Virus record (IMG/VR): IMGVR_UViG_3300022200_000033
Coordinates: 13,078 to 77,077 of that record
Source: a virus
Length of the DNA: 64,000 nt
Direction: 5' to 3' (one strand)
Position numbers and translations under genes: made by a program. The notes beneath the pieces are model-generated. The model had not been told where the DNA came from, made no database searches, and saw only the letters and a list, made by a program, of their open reading frames with translations. The stretch's first letter is position 1. Each line of letters begins with the position of its first letter. Of this stretch, positions 20,790-31,148 are shown in pieces.

Positions 20790-21920
20790 TTAGGATGGAT
20801 CGACGGCTGCATCTGCGTAAGCAACTGCGTCAAGCTCTTCCCATGTGATGCCTAGACGGACGAATACTGTGTATTCGATTGTGTCCTTCTTGGCTTGGTA
20901 CTGGCGATTCACTGTGATATCGCGTTGGAAACCCCAAACACGGTTCTGTGGGAATGTAAGATCTACATAATCCGCAGGGTAGTAAGGAACCTCCATGACA
21001 TCAATACCGAGAACACGGGTAGTGCGAGCACCACCGAATGTCTGTCCAGCGCCACCTAGGTATGCGTTGGCGTATTGATCTGTACCACGGAGAGCAGGAG
21101 CAACAGCTTCTGCAATAGCGTCTGCAAGTGTTCCGTTGTTAGCAACGATACCTGCAAATACATCTGTACCTGCGTAAAACTTAAGACCACTCTTTACAGC
21201 GCGGTACTTGCGTGGCAATGCGTAGATGATCTGCTGCATGACCTCTGGAGTCCACTCGTTACCTGTTACAGTTACGACTGCCTCATGAGCGTCGCTACCA
21301 GTTGTTACCTGATTGACGAAACCGTTCATGATTCCTAGGAATGGGTCAACACCACCGTCACCGTTAATAGCCAAGTCTTCGATATCGTTACCGAAAGCGT
21401 TGGTCATCAGACGGACAAGATGATCTTCAAGAGCACCTCCTTCAATGTTGTCCTCAAGGGACTCTGTTGAAACTTCCCAGTCAAGACGGATCTTCTTTGT
21501 TGTAAGTTCCACCTTTGTGAAAGTTGCGCCAGCATTTGTGTAGCTGCCTTCTGCTTGTGCTGCTGCACGGATAACGCGCTCACCAACGTTGACCTTTTCG
21601 ATCTCCATTGTGTTTGCACGCATTGTTACCCTGCGTCCATCGTTAGCAAGAACTGTTGCATCCCAAACATAATCGATAAAACGATTAGCTTGTTCTGGAT
21701 TCAGGATACCTCCAGCAACACCTGTTGGGTTGACTGCGTTTGGTCCTGTTGTAACTCCATAGTTAGCGGTTGGAATGTTTCCAATTACGCCAGCTCCTGG
21801 ATCTGTTACGCCGCCAATGTTGCCAGCTGCAACGGCTCCTTGACCTTGGTATAGACCTGGTGCTGGATCGCCGTATTTGCCAGCCTCACTTGGCTGATTC
21901 TTTAAAATTTCTTCTGACAT
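20790..21920 (-). CDS. Major capsid protein (HK97 fold)
   Basis: 'GGILNPEQANRFIDY','VELTTKKIRLDWEVSTESLEDNIEG...DIEDLAINGD'; optimised codons; start 21920 after GGAGGTG. Confidence 0.95.
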   Translation of the reverse strand: MSEEILKNQPSEAGKYGDPAPGLYQGQGAVAAGNIGGVTDPGAGVIGNIPTANYGVTTGPNAVNPTGVAGGILNPEQANRFIDYVWDATVLANDGRRVTMRANTMEIEKVNVGERVIRAAAQAEGSYTNAGATFTKVELTTKKIRLDWEVSTESLEDNIEGGALEDHLVRLMTNAFGNDIEDLAINGDGGVDPFLGIMNGFVNQVTTGSDAHEAVVTVTGNEWTPEVMQQIIYALPRKYRAVKSGLKFYAGTDVFAGIVANNGTLADAIAEAVAPALRGTDQYANAYLGGAGQTFGGARTTRVLGIDVMEVPYYPADYVDLTFPQNRVWGFQRDITVNRQYQAKKDTIEYTVFVRLGITWEELDAVAYADAAVDPS

Positions 21921-21953
21921 TGTATATTTCACCTCCATTTTTCTTTTTTATTA

Positions 21954-23279
21954 TTATGCGAATAGGTCGGACTTTGTGAGGAAACGTCCACCCCATAGTG
22001 CTTTTTGCTGAGCCTTTTCGAAAATTGGCTCCTGTACGATCTCTCCGAGATCGCCAGACTTACGGAAAGCAGTATCTTTTTCTACTGCATCTACACGCTT
22101 TCCAAAATCATTTTTTACTGAATCAACATCTTGTCTAACACCTGTAACTGTCTTGTTGAGTTCGTCTACCTTCTCATTAAGAGCCTTAATGGTGTCAGCA
22201 AGCATGGTGAATGTTGAGTGAACCTCTTGAATGAGTGCCTTTGCAACTTCATCTTCTTCAGGCTTCATTGACTTTTCTTCCATTTCTTCCTCTTCATCCA
22301 TGGATTTCTCAGCCATATCCCCTTCATCTTCTTCTTCTGTTGAAACTTCAATCTCTACAGCCTTCTCTACTTCTTCTTCAGCCTTTTCTGATTCTGGCTC
22401 AGACTTCTCTAGTTCTGGCTCTACAGCTTTTTCAACTTCTGTTTCAGATTTTTCCATTTCAACTTCTACAGCTTTTTCTACGGTTTCTGTAACAATATCT
22501 GTTACATCTTCCATAGGTACTGTTTCTGTATTTTCATTTTCCATCTTGCTTACCTCCTTTGCGTCATTTTTGATAGTAGAAAGAATAGACTTTACTACCT
22601 CTGCTTTTTGAGCATCATTAGTCTCAACGAAACCAATGTTGTTCATACCTTTGTCGCACCTTGGGCAGTCTGATGTACTACCAGAAGATAGTTGAACAAT
22701 ATCGTCACCTTTGCACCAAAATACGTTTTCAATTAGGGCTTTAGAAAGATACCCTCCAGCATGACCTTTTTCAATGCTAATAACATTGGCGTATTGATTT
22801 GCAGGATTGTCTACTAAAGACAACTCAAAGAGATCATAATCTTTAATGATCCTAATAGATTTATTAGCACCTTCATCAAAAGTATCTTCGGAATCTTTTA
22901 CACTGCCACCGATTGAAAAACCTGTTAGCGTACCGTCAAGAACTTTTTCCCATGTATCCTGAGCACCCTTACTTACATATGTAGAAACAAAAACACCCTT
23001 ATAAAATTTTCCAGTTTCTTGGTCATAGAATGAATCTTCTTTGAATGATACTAGTTTTCCGACAGCCTTCTTGTCATCGTGCATTTCTCTGATGTTCCCA
23101 CGGAATTGCTCAAAAGCTTTTACGCTAGCTTCTGATGGAACAATGTCCCCTTGTCTATCAATGTTATCAAGAGTAGCAAATCCAGATACGATTCTTCTCT
23201 CTATATCAATTTTTGCAATAGGCATTGAAAGACGTAAACTGCTTCCTTCAGATTCCCAGTGTGCCTTAGAAATTTCCAT
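21954..23279 (-). CDS. Prohead protease fused to an acidic scaffold domain
   Basis: 'GFATLDNIDRQGD','REMH','GFSIGG','ELSLVDNPAN' HK97-type protease; CxxC Zn ribbon; Glu-rich EK repeats and coiled coil. Confidence 0.9.
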   Translation of the reverse strand: MEISKAHWESEGSSLRLSMPIAKIDIERRIVSGFATLDNIDRQGDIVPSEASVKAFEQFRGNIREMHDDKKAVGKLVSFKEDSFYDQETGKFYKGVFVSTYVSKGAQDTWEKVLDGTLTGFSIGGSVKDSEDTFDEGANKSIRIIKDYDLFELSLVDNPANQYANVISIEKGHAGGYLSKALIENVFWCKGDDIVQLSSGSTSDCPRCDKGMNNIGFVETNDAQKAEVVKSILSTIKNDAKEVSKMENENTETVPMEDVTDIVTETVEKAVEVEMEKSETEVEKAVEPELEKSEPESEKAEEEVEKAVEIEVSTEEEDEGDMAEKSMDEEEEMEEKSMKPEEDEVAKALIQEVHSTFTMLADTIKALNEKVDELNKTVTGVRQDVDSVKNDFGKRVDAVEKDTAFRKSGDLGEIVQEPIFEKAQQKALWGGRFLTKSDLFA

Positions 23280-23314
23280 ATTGGTTCCTATTATACATCA
23301 TTTTTATCAAATTG

Positions 23315-24946
23315 TTACTGTGTTGATCTTCCCTCACCTTGAGGGTTTCTTCCAGTAGTTGTAGCAACGCTATCTGATGCATTATTCATCCTTTCTGCAT
23401 CTCTTTGTCTGTTACCTGACAAGTTTGCGCGAGCATCAGTTGCTTGTCTTGGAGTCATCTCAAAGACTTCATCTCCACCTGGCCTTTGCGGTAGCCCAAT
23501 CTGCTCTCTTGCTTCATTTGGAGTCATTACCTGAGTTTTAATATATCTTTCAAGCATTTGTGATTGAGCTACTTCATCTGTCAAAGTTAGTTCATTAAAC
23601 TTAAGATCGATAAGGTCTGTTTTTGTCTTAACAATCTTGCTTAGCATTTTTTCAATATATCTTTGTGCTGGACGAGTTACCTGTTCCTTGAATGTTCTAT
23701 CTTGAGACATTGCAGCAGCAAGACCTCCAGTATCAACTCCGCCAAGCTTTGAAAGTGGAACTTGATGAGCCATGAGAATGTCATCACGATTCTTTTGGTG
23801 ATAGTCATTAAATGATGCTTCTTGAACATTTGCTTCAACAGGAATCATCTTAAAGTCAATGGCATTTCCCTGTGAGTCTGCGGGTAGTGGAACGTAAAGG
23901 GTTCTGTGGTTCTGACCCTTTAATCCAGTCTGCAGGAATCTAAACAATCTATCCTCTGACTCAGAATCAAGCCTTGCCCCCTTAACAACAACTATGTATC
24001 TTGGAACAGCTTTATTTTCAAAATAGTCAATATTGAATTGTGATGCTAACTGATCTCCCTTAAGAGATAAATAAGCAGAAAGAATATCTGGAACACCATA
24101 AAATGTGTTTAGTGGTGAGTAAGCTTTAAAGTGAATTACCTCGTTTGGACGGGGATCTTCTGTAATTGGATTAGGGTTAGTTGCTCCAAAGTTGCGGAAG
24201 TACACTATCTTTCCTGCAATAATTTGAGTAAAACCATCACGAATTCTGCGTACCCTCATTGTTGTAGCTGGAATATGTCCAAGGTATCCAATGTCTCCAG
24301 CGACTGTTCTACCAACTTCTAGGTAACCGTTTCCTGTTGACTCAAGGTCAAGAAGAACCTTCTCCATGCTTGTAGTAAAACTATCATCATCGTTTAGACT
24401 TTCAATCCACTCTATTGCCTCGCCCTTTAATCTATCTAAGCGACGACGAGCCTTTTGCATAGCAGTTTCATTTTCCATTGACTCAATTCTAAGAATAACG
24501 TCTTTTGCTACATCAAACTTATATCCAAGACCGACGGTGTTTGATACCTTTGCATCAATTGCTGCATGGTTGGCAAAGTTTGTATCATAAAAATTTGCAA
24601 GTTCGTATAGGTTATAAGGTGGTGTTATGACATCAAAAAGCCCATATCCATTTCTAAAGACTTCTCCTGGATTCATTTGCTTTGATTGAACTCCATCAAC
24701 TCCAGTAGCTCTTGTTCCCGCTGCAACAGCGTATGAACCAGTGGCTCTTCCATCTCTGTCGATGGGAATATTTATAGATTTCTCTAGTTTATTATTTGTT
24801 CTGGTAGTTCTTCTTTTAAAGTTAGTATTTAAACCATCAAAATCCTTAATCTCTTCCCATGACTTACTGAATGGATCTTTAGAGATAAACTCATTTTCAA
24901 CCTCAATGTCGTCAGAGTACTTTATAGCAATTCTTTGTTCTTCCAT
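23315..24946 (-). CDS. Portal protein
   Basis: 'GNGYLEV','NEVIHF','YGVP','YFENKAVP','HQVP..KLG','MTPNEAREQIGL' PBSX/HK97 portal motifs. Confidence 0.95.
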   Translation of the reverse strand: MEEQRIAIKYSDDIEVENEFISKDPFSKSWEEIKDFDGLNTNFKRRTTRTNNKLEKSINIPIDRDGRATGSYAVAAGTRATGVDGVQSKQMNPGEVFRNGYGLFDVITPPYNLYELANFYDTNFANHAAIDAKVSNTVGLGYKFDVAKDVILRIESMENETAMQKARRRLDRLKGEAIEWIESLNDDDSFTTSMEKVLLDLESTGNGYLEVGRTVAGDIGYLGHIPATTMRVRRIRDGFTQIIAGKIVYFRNFGATNPNPITEDPRPNEVIHFKAYSPLNTFYGVPDILSAYLSLKGDQLASQFNIDYFENKAVPRYIVVVKGARLDSESEDRLFRFLQTGLKGQNHRTLYVPLPADSQGNAIDFKMIPVEANVQEASFNDYHQKNRDDILMAHQVPLSKLGGVDTGGLAAAMSQDRTFKEQVTRPAQRYIEKMLSKIVKTKTDLIDLKFNELTLTDEVAQSQMLERYIKTQVMTPNEAREQIGLPQRPGGDEVFEMTPRQATDARANLSGNRQRDAERMNNASDSVATTTGRNPQGEGRSTQ

Positions 24947-25314
24947 TAATCTTGTGCTCCGTATTTCTTAAGTGTTTGTTGAGCATCGTATACTGCTCCC
25001 ATATCATTCAGGTTTGGAATTAATCCATTCTTCATTCTGTCTACCTGCTCTGAGTGTCCTTCATCGCTGATTCTACTTATTCCAGCGTAAAACCATGGGC
25101 TTCCATCTGGCTGTCCATAGTGGGCTGCTGCTTTTCTTAGTTCAGAAATATTTGATAAGTCATGTTTTCTTGACGGAATGTTTAAAAGATTCCCTTGACC
25201 ATCATTAAAAAGGTGTCCATCTGGAAGTTTCCAGAAGTAAAGTCCCCATTCGTACCCTTTATCTATGATTGTGGCTTTTGATTTGCCTACTTTTGGCTTT
25301 CTAGTATTACTCAT
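24946..25314 (-). CDS. Conserved hypothetical protein upstream of the portal
   Basis: 122 aa, leaderless start 6 nt after TGCTATAAT, coupled to the portal. Confidence 0.7.
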   Translation of the reverse strand: MSNTRKPKVGKSKATIIDKGYEWGLYFWKLPDGHLFNDGQGNLLNIPSRKHDLSNISELRKAAAHYGQPDGSPWFYAGISRISDEGHSEQVDRMKNGLIPNLNDMGAVYDAQQTLKKYGAQD

Positions 25315-25331
25315 GGTTGAATTATAGCAGA

Positions 25332-28300
25332 TTATACGGGTTTAAGGATATAGGATGGTTCAAACCATACCACAGATGAGAATACACTAAATTGATCACC
25401 TTGTACTGACATGCCCGTATTATCATCAATAACGATAATATTTGTCCCCATGTAGGTTGAATAGATTTCTTTGGGGGTGGTGGAAAACTGTCGTGCCTCT
25501 TCTAAGACATAGACATCTTTCCATTTGTTTGGAATTTCAAGCACTCCATTTTCATCATACCAAGACTGCCAGTCAACTATATTACCTGGATCTGTTTCTT
25601 GATCCCCATAAAGGACGTCTTCCCAAGTTCTGGCAATCGTCACACCAAACTCATTTAACCCAGTTGACTTAAAGAAAGATATGTTGCTGTATGCACAACC
25701 AAACAGTAGACTTAGGGACCCAGAGAAATTATTCATATCTAGTGGCTCTTCGAATGAGAAAGCTATAACGTTCCACTCATACTTTTCTATGTAGGGATTT
25801 TCTACCTTTATTCCGTTTTGATAAAAAGATATCCCAGGGTATTCTTGTTTTGTATACTTGTCTCTTGCCGATATATAAAATCTTCCAAGACTCGCCACGG
25901 GAGTTACGGTAAACTCTATTTCTCCGTCTCTGTGTGTTAAATAGAATATAGTTTGAGTGGTTCCAATTTCCTGAAATATGTCGTACTTCATAAATAGCTG
26001 AAATGTTCCAAGTAGATAGTTTGCACTTTTATTTCTGTTTATTGGTATTAAAGACCCATACTCAATATCAGCATCTGTATCTAAGACCTTTATTCCAGTA
26101 TTTTCCGTTAAGTATAGGTATGGAAGATTTTGTTTACTTAGCATGATTGGATTCTTTGATTTTCCACTGTAATATATTCCAGTTTTTACATATGGATAGA
26201 TCGGAGTTCCTGTTTTAGTTCCAATCGCTGTAAGTGATTTTTGATTAAGAGACTTTGAGGTAATCTCCAGGTTCTTTACTTTTAGCGGATTACTTATTAT
26301 GCCATCTTGTTCAATTTCAAAATGCACAACCATTGCCACGTTCTTAAAATTTATTGCTTTTGGTGGATAGATTACTGTTCCGTCTATTACCCTAAACTTT
26401 GTTTTATAAGATTTATATGGATCAATGTTGGTATTTTGGCTGTCTGCATAAACTGTATAAGAATCTGTTAAGTTTTTTGTATAAGTGAAGCTTGACAATG
26501 GCTCATCTGCTCCTTCAGCAAGAAGCTGGAAGGTAACATAAGCATCAAGGGATGATTGAGATGTATCAATTTGATATTCTGTAATAATATTTCCTGCAAG
26601 ATCCGCATAGTCTGCGTATCCAGAAAGAACTGCGTTATCTAAAATACCATAATCTTTCTGAATAGGATCGTTATAGTCTTCAAAAAGCTCTTGGTATGTC
26701 CAATCTGGATTATCTACAGTTGTCTCTACAATGGTGGTTAATGATGGGTATCCAAAGTTAAACTGTAGATAGTCAAGGTCATAGGCGGTTGCTCCATCAC
26801 TTGTTTCTATGTATGATGCAAAAGATGATAGAGGAAAATACTCTTCCCATTTAGACGAAACAGATATGTCAAGGAAAAATGCATTGTATCTAAAGAATGG
26901 AGACAAGGTGTATGAAGCATAGTGTCCCTCTAGTAAAGCTCCATCTGCATTATCTGCAATTCCGTTTTCTTGAAAATGTTCGGATATTGATTGATAATTT
27001 TCTTGATCAGAAAAACCTATTCTGTATATCTTACCTTCAAATGTTGAAACTCCATCCCCTCCAACAAACATCGACAGTACTTCTGGGGAACCAAAGAAGG
27101 ATGCTAGTTCATAATTGAAAGACTCAGATATTGTTGGTATGTGGATGCCTACAGCAAAATGACTATTCGCCACAGTAAAACCTGTATCTGCCAATTCCTG
27201 CCCATCAAATTCATATTTTATGTCATATCCAGTTATGTTTATTTCAAATCTTTTTCCAGTTAAAGTGTTTACTATATGAAGAAGCGGCCTTGTTTCTATC
27301 ACTTCGGACTCTACTTCAAAGATTCCATAAAAAGAACTTAGAGGGTTAGATAGAAAAGTTAAAGAGGTGAAGTTTAGATAGCATGGCTCTGTCCAGTTTG
27401 TTCCAGTTATTGGCACCCATTCATCACCTTCAACATTTGGCCTAAATGATATATTTTTAGCATGGTTTCCACTTGGATATAAAAGATCGTTTAGATCTTT
27501 GCAGTCTGAATACCACTCAACAACATCTCTTCCTCCCAAATATATGTCTGGCAAGGAGTAATCTGGCACAGAGATAGAATTTGTATTTGCAATTAGATTG
27601 TTATAGTATCCTGCATCCCACCTCTCCATGTCTGGATATACTTTATTTACTGTGTAATTTGCATTTGCAAAGTTTATAATTGCTTCTTCACCATCAAATG
27701 AATCATTGATTAGTTCAAGAGGGTCAGTTCCTTGTCCCCAAACAAAATGCTTTCTTGCAAGCTGAAGAGGTATTGCATAAGGAAAGATTGATAGACAATC
27801 AATTTCCATAAGATTTATATCTTCATAGCTATAAATACCTAACCATTCACTTTCAGAAAGAGAAACAGTGTCTTTATTTATTGTTACTTGGGCAACTTGC
27901 TCACCATTTATGAGCATATAAAAGCTATCTCCCTTTATATATATATGAACAAGCATTGGTCGATACCAATATGATACGTTATGAGATGAAAATTTCCCAT
28001 CAACAACAAGGGTGATAAATCCTTCACTTACATAAACCCCATCATTTGTATCTATTGGTCCAAGGATTCTTCTTGATTCTTTTGTAGATGGCCTTGTTTT
28101 TATCCAAAACTCCAATGTAAAATCTTTAGATATTCCGTCTGTTGTAAAAAACTCTTTATTTGGAAAAATAAAAGATGGAGATCCATCTGATGAAGGGTAT
28201 ATCTTTGTAACATTTTCTGATCCAAAGATCATTGGTATTCCCTTGTTTATTGCAAGAGCTTTTCCATCTTCACAAACAAAGTAAGCATTCTGAGAAAGAA

Positions 28301-29000
28301 TTCCGTATTGGTCTGATGGAACAACCTTGTTAGATAGTCCAGAGGATACTGGGGACACTTCTGTTCTTGCCCCCAGGCTCTTTGAGGTAAACGGTTCGGA
28401 CCACTGACCAACAGTTATTCCGTTAAAGATAAAATTATAATCTCCAGGGGTTCCACCAGTATTCACCTTAGCTCTAAAAATTATGTGACAATAGTCTGAA
28501 CCGAATTGTTCAATAAGAAAGGTGTCTTGGATATGAATCCATTCTCTTCTATCTGTAGTTGGTATTATTGTAAATACTTCAATCCAGGAAGATGTTGAGT
28601 CGTCATAATACTCATATCCAATCTCATATTCAGATACATAGATGGAATCTTGGTAGACGTAAGCACTTATACAAAATGTCTCAAGCTCTTCGCTACAATC
28701 ACTAAAAAGAAAGGTATCTGAGCTTTTTGCTTCTATATACGTTCCGTCCGATAAAGGAACACTTCCTTCTATTCCAGCGTAGATATTGCTGTCAAATGGG
28801 GACCCAATATTTGGGAGAACGAGAGAATCGTTTGCAGTTCCATTTGTTATGGTCCATCCAACATAAGGGGAATCTGCTTCAAAGGTTCTTTGTTGATTTG
28901 TAATTAAAGAAATGTATGAAAAGTCATCGTCAATAGGCCAGATACCCACTGGATGTTCTGAATATAATTTTGCTGCGTACATGTTAGAAACGTTTGTCAT
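25332..29000 (-). CDS. Large virion protein with concanavalin/LamG-like domains
   Basis: 'HPVGIWPID' start, 'FTLEFWIK','LINGEQV' LamG-like strands. Confidence 0.6.
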   Translation of the reverse strand: MTNVSNMYAAKLYSEHPVGIWPIDDDFSYISLITNQQRTFEADSPYVGWTITNGTANDSLVLPNIGSPFDSNIYAGIEGSVPLSDGTYIEAKSSDTFLFSDCSEELETFCISAYVYQDSIYVSEYEIGYEYYDDSTSSWIEVFTIIPTTDRREWIHIQDTFLIEQFGSDYCHIIFRAKVNTGGTPGDYNFIFNGITVGQWSEPFTSKSLGARTEVSPVSSGLSNKVVPSDQYGILSQNAYFVCEDGKALAINKGIPMIFGSENVTKIYPSSDGSPSFIFPNKEFFTTDGISKDFTLEFWIKTRPSTKESRRILGPIDTNDGVYVSEGFITLVVDGKFSSHNVSYWYRPMLVHIYIKGDSFYMLINGEQVAQVTINKDTVSLSESEWLGIYSYEDINLMEIDCLSIFPYAIPLQLARKHFVWGQGTDPLELINDSFDGEEAIINFANANYTVNKVYPDMERWDAGYYNNLIANTNSISVPDYSLPDIYLGGRDVVEWYSDCKDLNDLLYPSGNHAKNISFRPNVEGDEWVPITGTNWTEPCYLNFTSLTFLSNPLSSFYGIFEVESEVIETRPLLHIVNTLTGKRFEINITGYDIKYEFDGQELADTGFTVANSHFAVGIHIPTISESFNYELASFFGSPEVLSMFVGGDGVSTFEGKIYRIGFSDQENYQSISEHFQENGIADNADGALLEGHYASYTLSPFFRYNAFFLDISVSSKWEEYFPLSSFASYIETSDGATAYDLDYLQFNFGYPSLTTIVETTVDNPDWTYQELFEDYNDPIQKDYGILDNAVLSGYADYADLAGNIITEYQIDTSQSSLDAYVTFQLLAEGADEPLSSFTYTKNLTDSYTVYADSQNTNIDPYKSYKTKFRVIDGTVIYPPKAINFKNVAMVVHFEIEQDGIISNPLKVKNLEITSKSLNQKSLTAIGTKTGTPIYPYVKTGIYYSGKSKNPIMLSKQNLPYLYLTENTGIKVLDTDADIEYGSLIPINRNKSANYLLGTFQLFMKYDIFQEIGTTQTIFYLTHRDGEIEFTVTPVASLGRFYISARDKYTKQEYPGISFYQNGIKVENPYIEKYEWNVIAFSFEEPLDMNNFSGSLSLLFGCAYSNISFFKSTGLNEFGVTIARTWEDVLYGDQETDPGNIVDWQSWYDENGVLEIPNKWKDVYVLEEARQFSTTPKEIYSTYMGTNIIVIDDNTGMSVQGDQFSVFSSVVWFEPSYILKPV

Positions 29001-29025
29001 TTACTCTCCTTCCTAATTATAGCAA

Positions 29026-29054
29026 AGCGGGGCAGCCTCAAACACTACCCCGCT
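29026..29054 (-). terminator. Terminator after nrdJ
   Basis: AGCGGGGTAG...CTGCCCCGCT hairpin followed by TTTG on the minus strand. Confidence 0.6.
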
Positions 29055-29068
29055 CCGCAGCCAACCTA

Positions 29069-31012
29069 TTACGCAGAAACTAGGTCTACAACATCACAAG
29101 ACCCAGCAGTACAAGACAATTCTTGTGAGCCAGTTGTCGTATCTTCTAGTTCATAAAGTGGAAGGGATTGCCATGGAATATTTGTGGGCATTGACTTTAC
29201 CGCTTCATTATACTCTTCTTCTGTTATTTCTTGATATGGTGCTTGTCGGTAAGAATGCTCAGATAACGGTAGGAACGAAACTCCACCAATTGAGTCAAAA
29301 TTCTTAAAGACCCAAGCCCCAACATCTAGCCACTCGTCCTCTGCAACGTTAATAGTTACTGATGGATTGTGCTCTGTCCAGAATGTTCTATATGCTTTCC
29401 AAACCTCAAGGTGCTCAGTTGCTGAAAGGTCTTTTGTTACTGTAGCGTTATCTGGAGCTTTGATTGGAAAATAAAAAACTGTAGTCATATCAGGCTTCAT
29501 TACGTCAGGTTCATTTGGAACACCAAAGTCCTTAAGAAATGCTGTCAATGGATCTTTGTTATCTGCACGAACAGAACGAATGTAGTACTTTGAATACCAT
29601 GGATGGATGCCAGAAGACACTCCAGTTAACTGAGATACCGTTCCTGAAGGCTTTACTGTTGTAATAGCAGTAGAATGATTTATTCCCAGTTTGTCTGCTT
29701 CCTTGGCATTCTCGCTTACTGCAAGCTCTCTCATCTGAGTAAGCATTGTGTTAAGCTCTGGATGCAGTTTTCCTGTCAACTTATTACCAAAAATACCTGT
29801 TAAGGAAACCCCAAGCAATCTTTCTTCTTCTGTATTTGATTGCCATGTTTTACGAATATACTTAAAGTTACTTAGGGTTGATTGCCAAGTACCCAGAATT
29901 GTAGCCAGACGAATCTTTGTGAGTAGAGTTTCAACGGTATCCTCTGCATCAATGACTACTTCAGTTAAATTACAGAACTGATTTGCACGCAAAAGAATCT
30001 CTCCACATGGGTTTGTTCCAGCGACCTTTGAAGAGTCTCTACGATCAAACTTGTCAATATGCTTACGAACTGCATCAAGGTTATAAATACCTCTCTCACC
30101 TGACTTTGACTCATAAAGGTTTCTCCATTCACGGAGGAACTGAGCAGTATTTGGCTTTGAGTTATATACCGCTGAGTTGTTGGCAAGAGCACGCTGTCCT
30201 TCTGTTTCCCACCATTGACCACTCTTTGCTTTAGCCATCTCAAAGTCATCAAGATTAGACAGGGAAATAAGTGCTGAACGGCGAACTCCACCTACTACAA
30301 CAACTTCTCCAACCTTGCACATTAGGTCGTGTGCTTCAATTGACTTTAGTCTACGACCCTTTGCAATAGAGAATGTTTCTACGGTAAACTTAAATAAATC
30401 ATTAAGAGGCTCTGGCCCTGAAGCACGGCCTCCAAAAGTCTTTAGCCTTGCTCCTGATGGACGAACCTTTGACATATCCCATTCTGGAATCTGTCCTGTA
30501 ACCAACAAACCAATTAGTTCTTTAAATGATTTTGCCCAGCCAAGCTTAGAATCTTCAACAACGATCGTTGTGTTTGTCTGGAACATCTCTTCTGCAATCA
30601 CAGGAAGATTTTCAATATACTTCTGCTCTACAGAGAATCCTACTCCTGTTCCATTCATCAAGATGTACATGGCCTCATCAAAGGATCTAAGAGAATCTAC
30701 GGCGATAAAAGAACAATTGTATGCTGCGATATGGTCTCTTTCTAAAGCTGGCCCAGCGGTCATTAAGGCACGCATAGATGGCATTACCTTGTGGTTAAGG
30801 ATTGCATCTCTTACTTCTGCAAATGACTTGTCTTTTTCCTTATATCCATAATTTTTTACAAGGTGATTCTTCATGAAGTCCATGTAACGATCTACAGTTT
30901 CTACCCATGTTTCCCTCCTACCTTTTTCTTCCAGCCAACGACTGTATCTTGAAACATGAATGAAATTTCTGTAGGGATCTGAAATTGATCCATTTTCGTT
31001 AATAAACGACAT
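29069..31012 (-). CDS. nrdJ: Class II (adenosylcobalamin-dependent) ribonucleotide reductase
   Basis: 'AAYNC','VVVGGVRRSA','GTNPCGEI','QFCNL','TTVKPSGT', C-terminal CxxxxC; no small-subunit gene nearby. Confidence 0.92.
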   Translation of the reverse strand: MSFINENGSISDPYRNFIHVSRYSRWLEEKGRRETWVETVDRYMDFMKNHLVKNYGYKEKDKSFAEVRDAILNHKVMPSMRALMTAGPALERDHIAAYNCSFIAVDSLRSFDEAMYILMNGTGVGFSVEQKYIENLPVIAEEMFQTNTTIVVEDSKLGWAKSFKELIGLLVTGQIPEWDMSKVRPSGARLKTFGGRASGPEPLNDLFKFTVETFSIAKGRRLKSIEAHDLMCKVGEVVVVGGVRRSALISLSNLDDFEMAKAKSGQWWETEGQRALANNSAVYNSKPNTAQFLREWRNLYESKSGERGIYNLDAVRKHIDKFDRRDSSKVAGTNPCGEILLRANQFCNLTEVVIDAEDTVETLLTKIRLATILGTWQSTLSNFKYIRKTWQSNTEEERLLGVSLTGIFGNKLTGKLHPELNTMLTQMRELAVSENAKEADKLGINHSTAITTVKPSGTVSQLTGVSSGIHPWYSKYYIRSVRADNKDPLTAFLKDFGVPNEPDVMKPDMTTVFYFPIKAPDNATVTKDLSATEHLEVWKAYRTFWTEHNPSVTINVAEDEWLDVGAWVFKNFDSIGGVSFLPLSEHSYRQAPYQEITEEEYNEAVKSMPTNIPWQSLPLYELEDTTTGSQELSCTAGSCDVVDLVSA

Positions 31013-31148
31013 ATAAACACCCTTTCTAAGTTTGATTTATGAGTATTGAGTATAGCACTTTTATATCTTTCAATGCAACATCATCTGTAACATTTTTTAC
31101 AAAATGTTGGTAATAAAGGATGTTTTTAAGTTTGTGATTATTCTTACA

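Noticed and set aside
3140-31012. Stop-codon reassignment, introns or inteins
   Set aside because: Long genes are intact in the standard code; nrdJ, portal and capsid have normal lengths
31013-31148. Cobalamin riboswitch or NrdR box upstream of nrdJ
   Set aside because: Gap is too short and AT-rich; no B12 box or NrdR palindrome recognised
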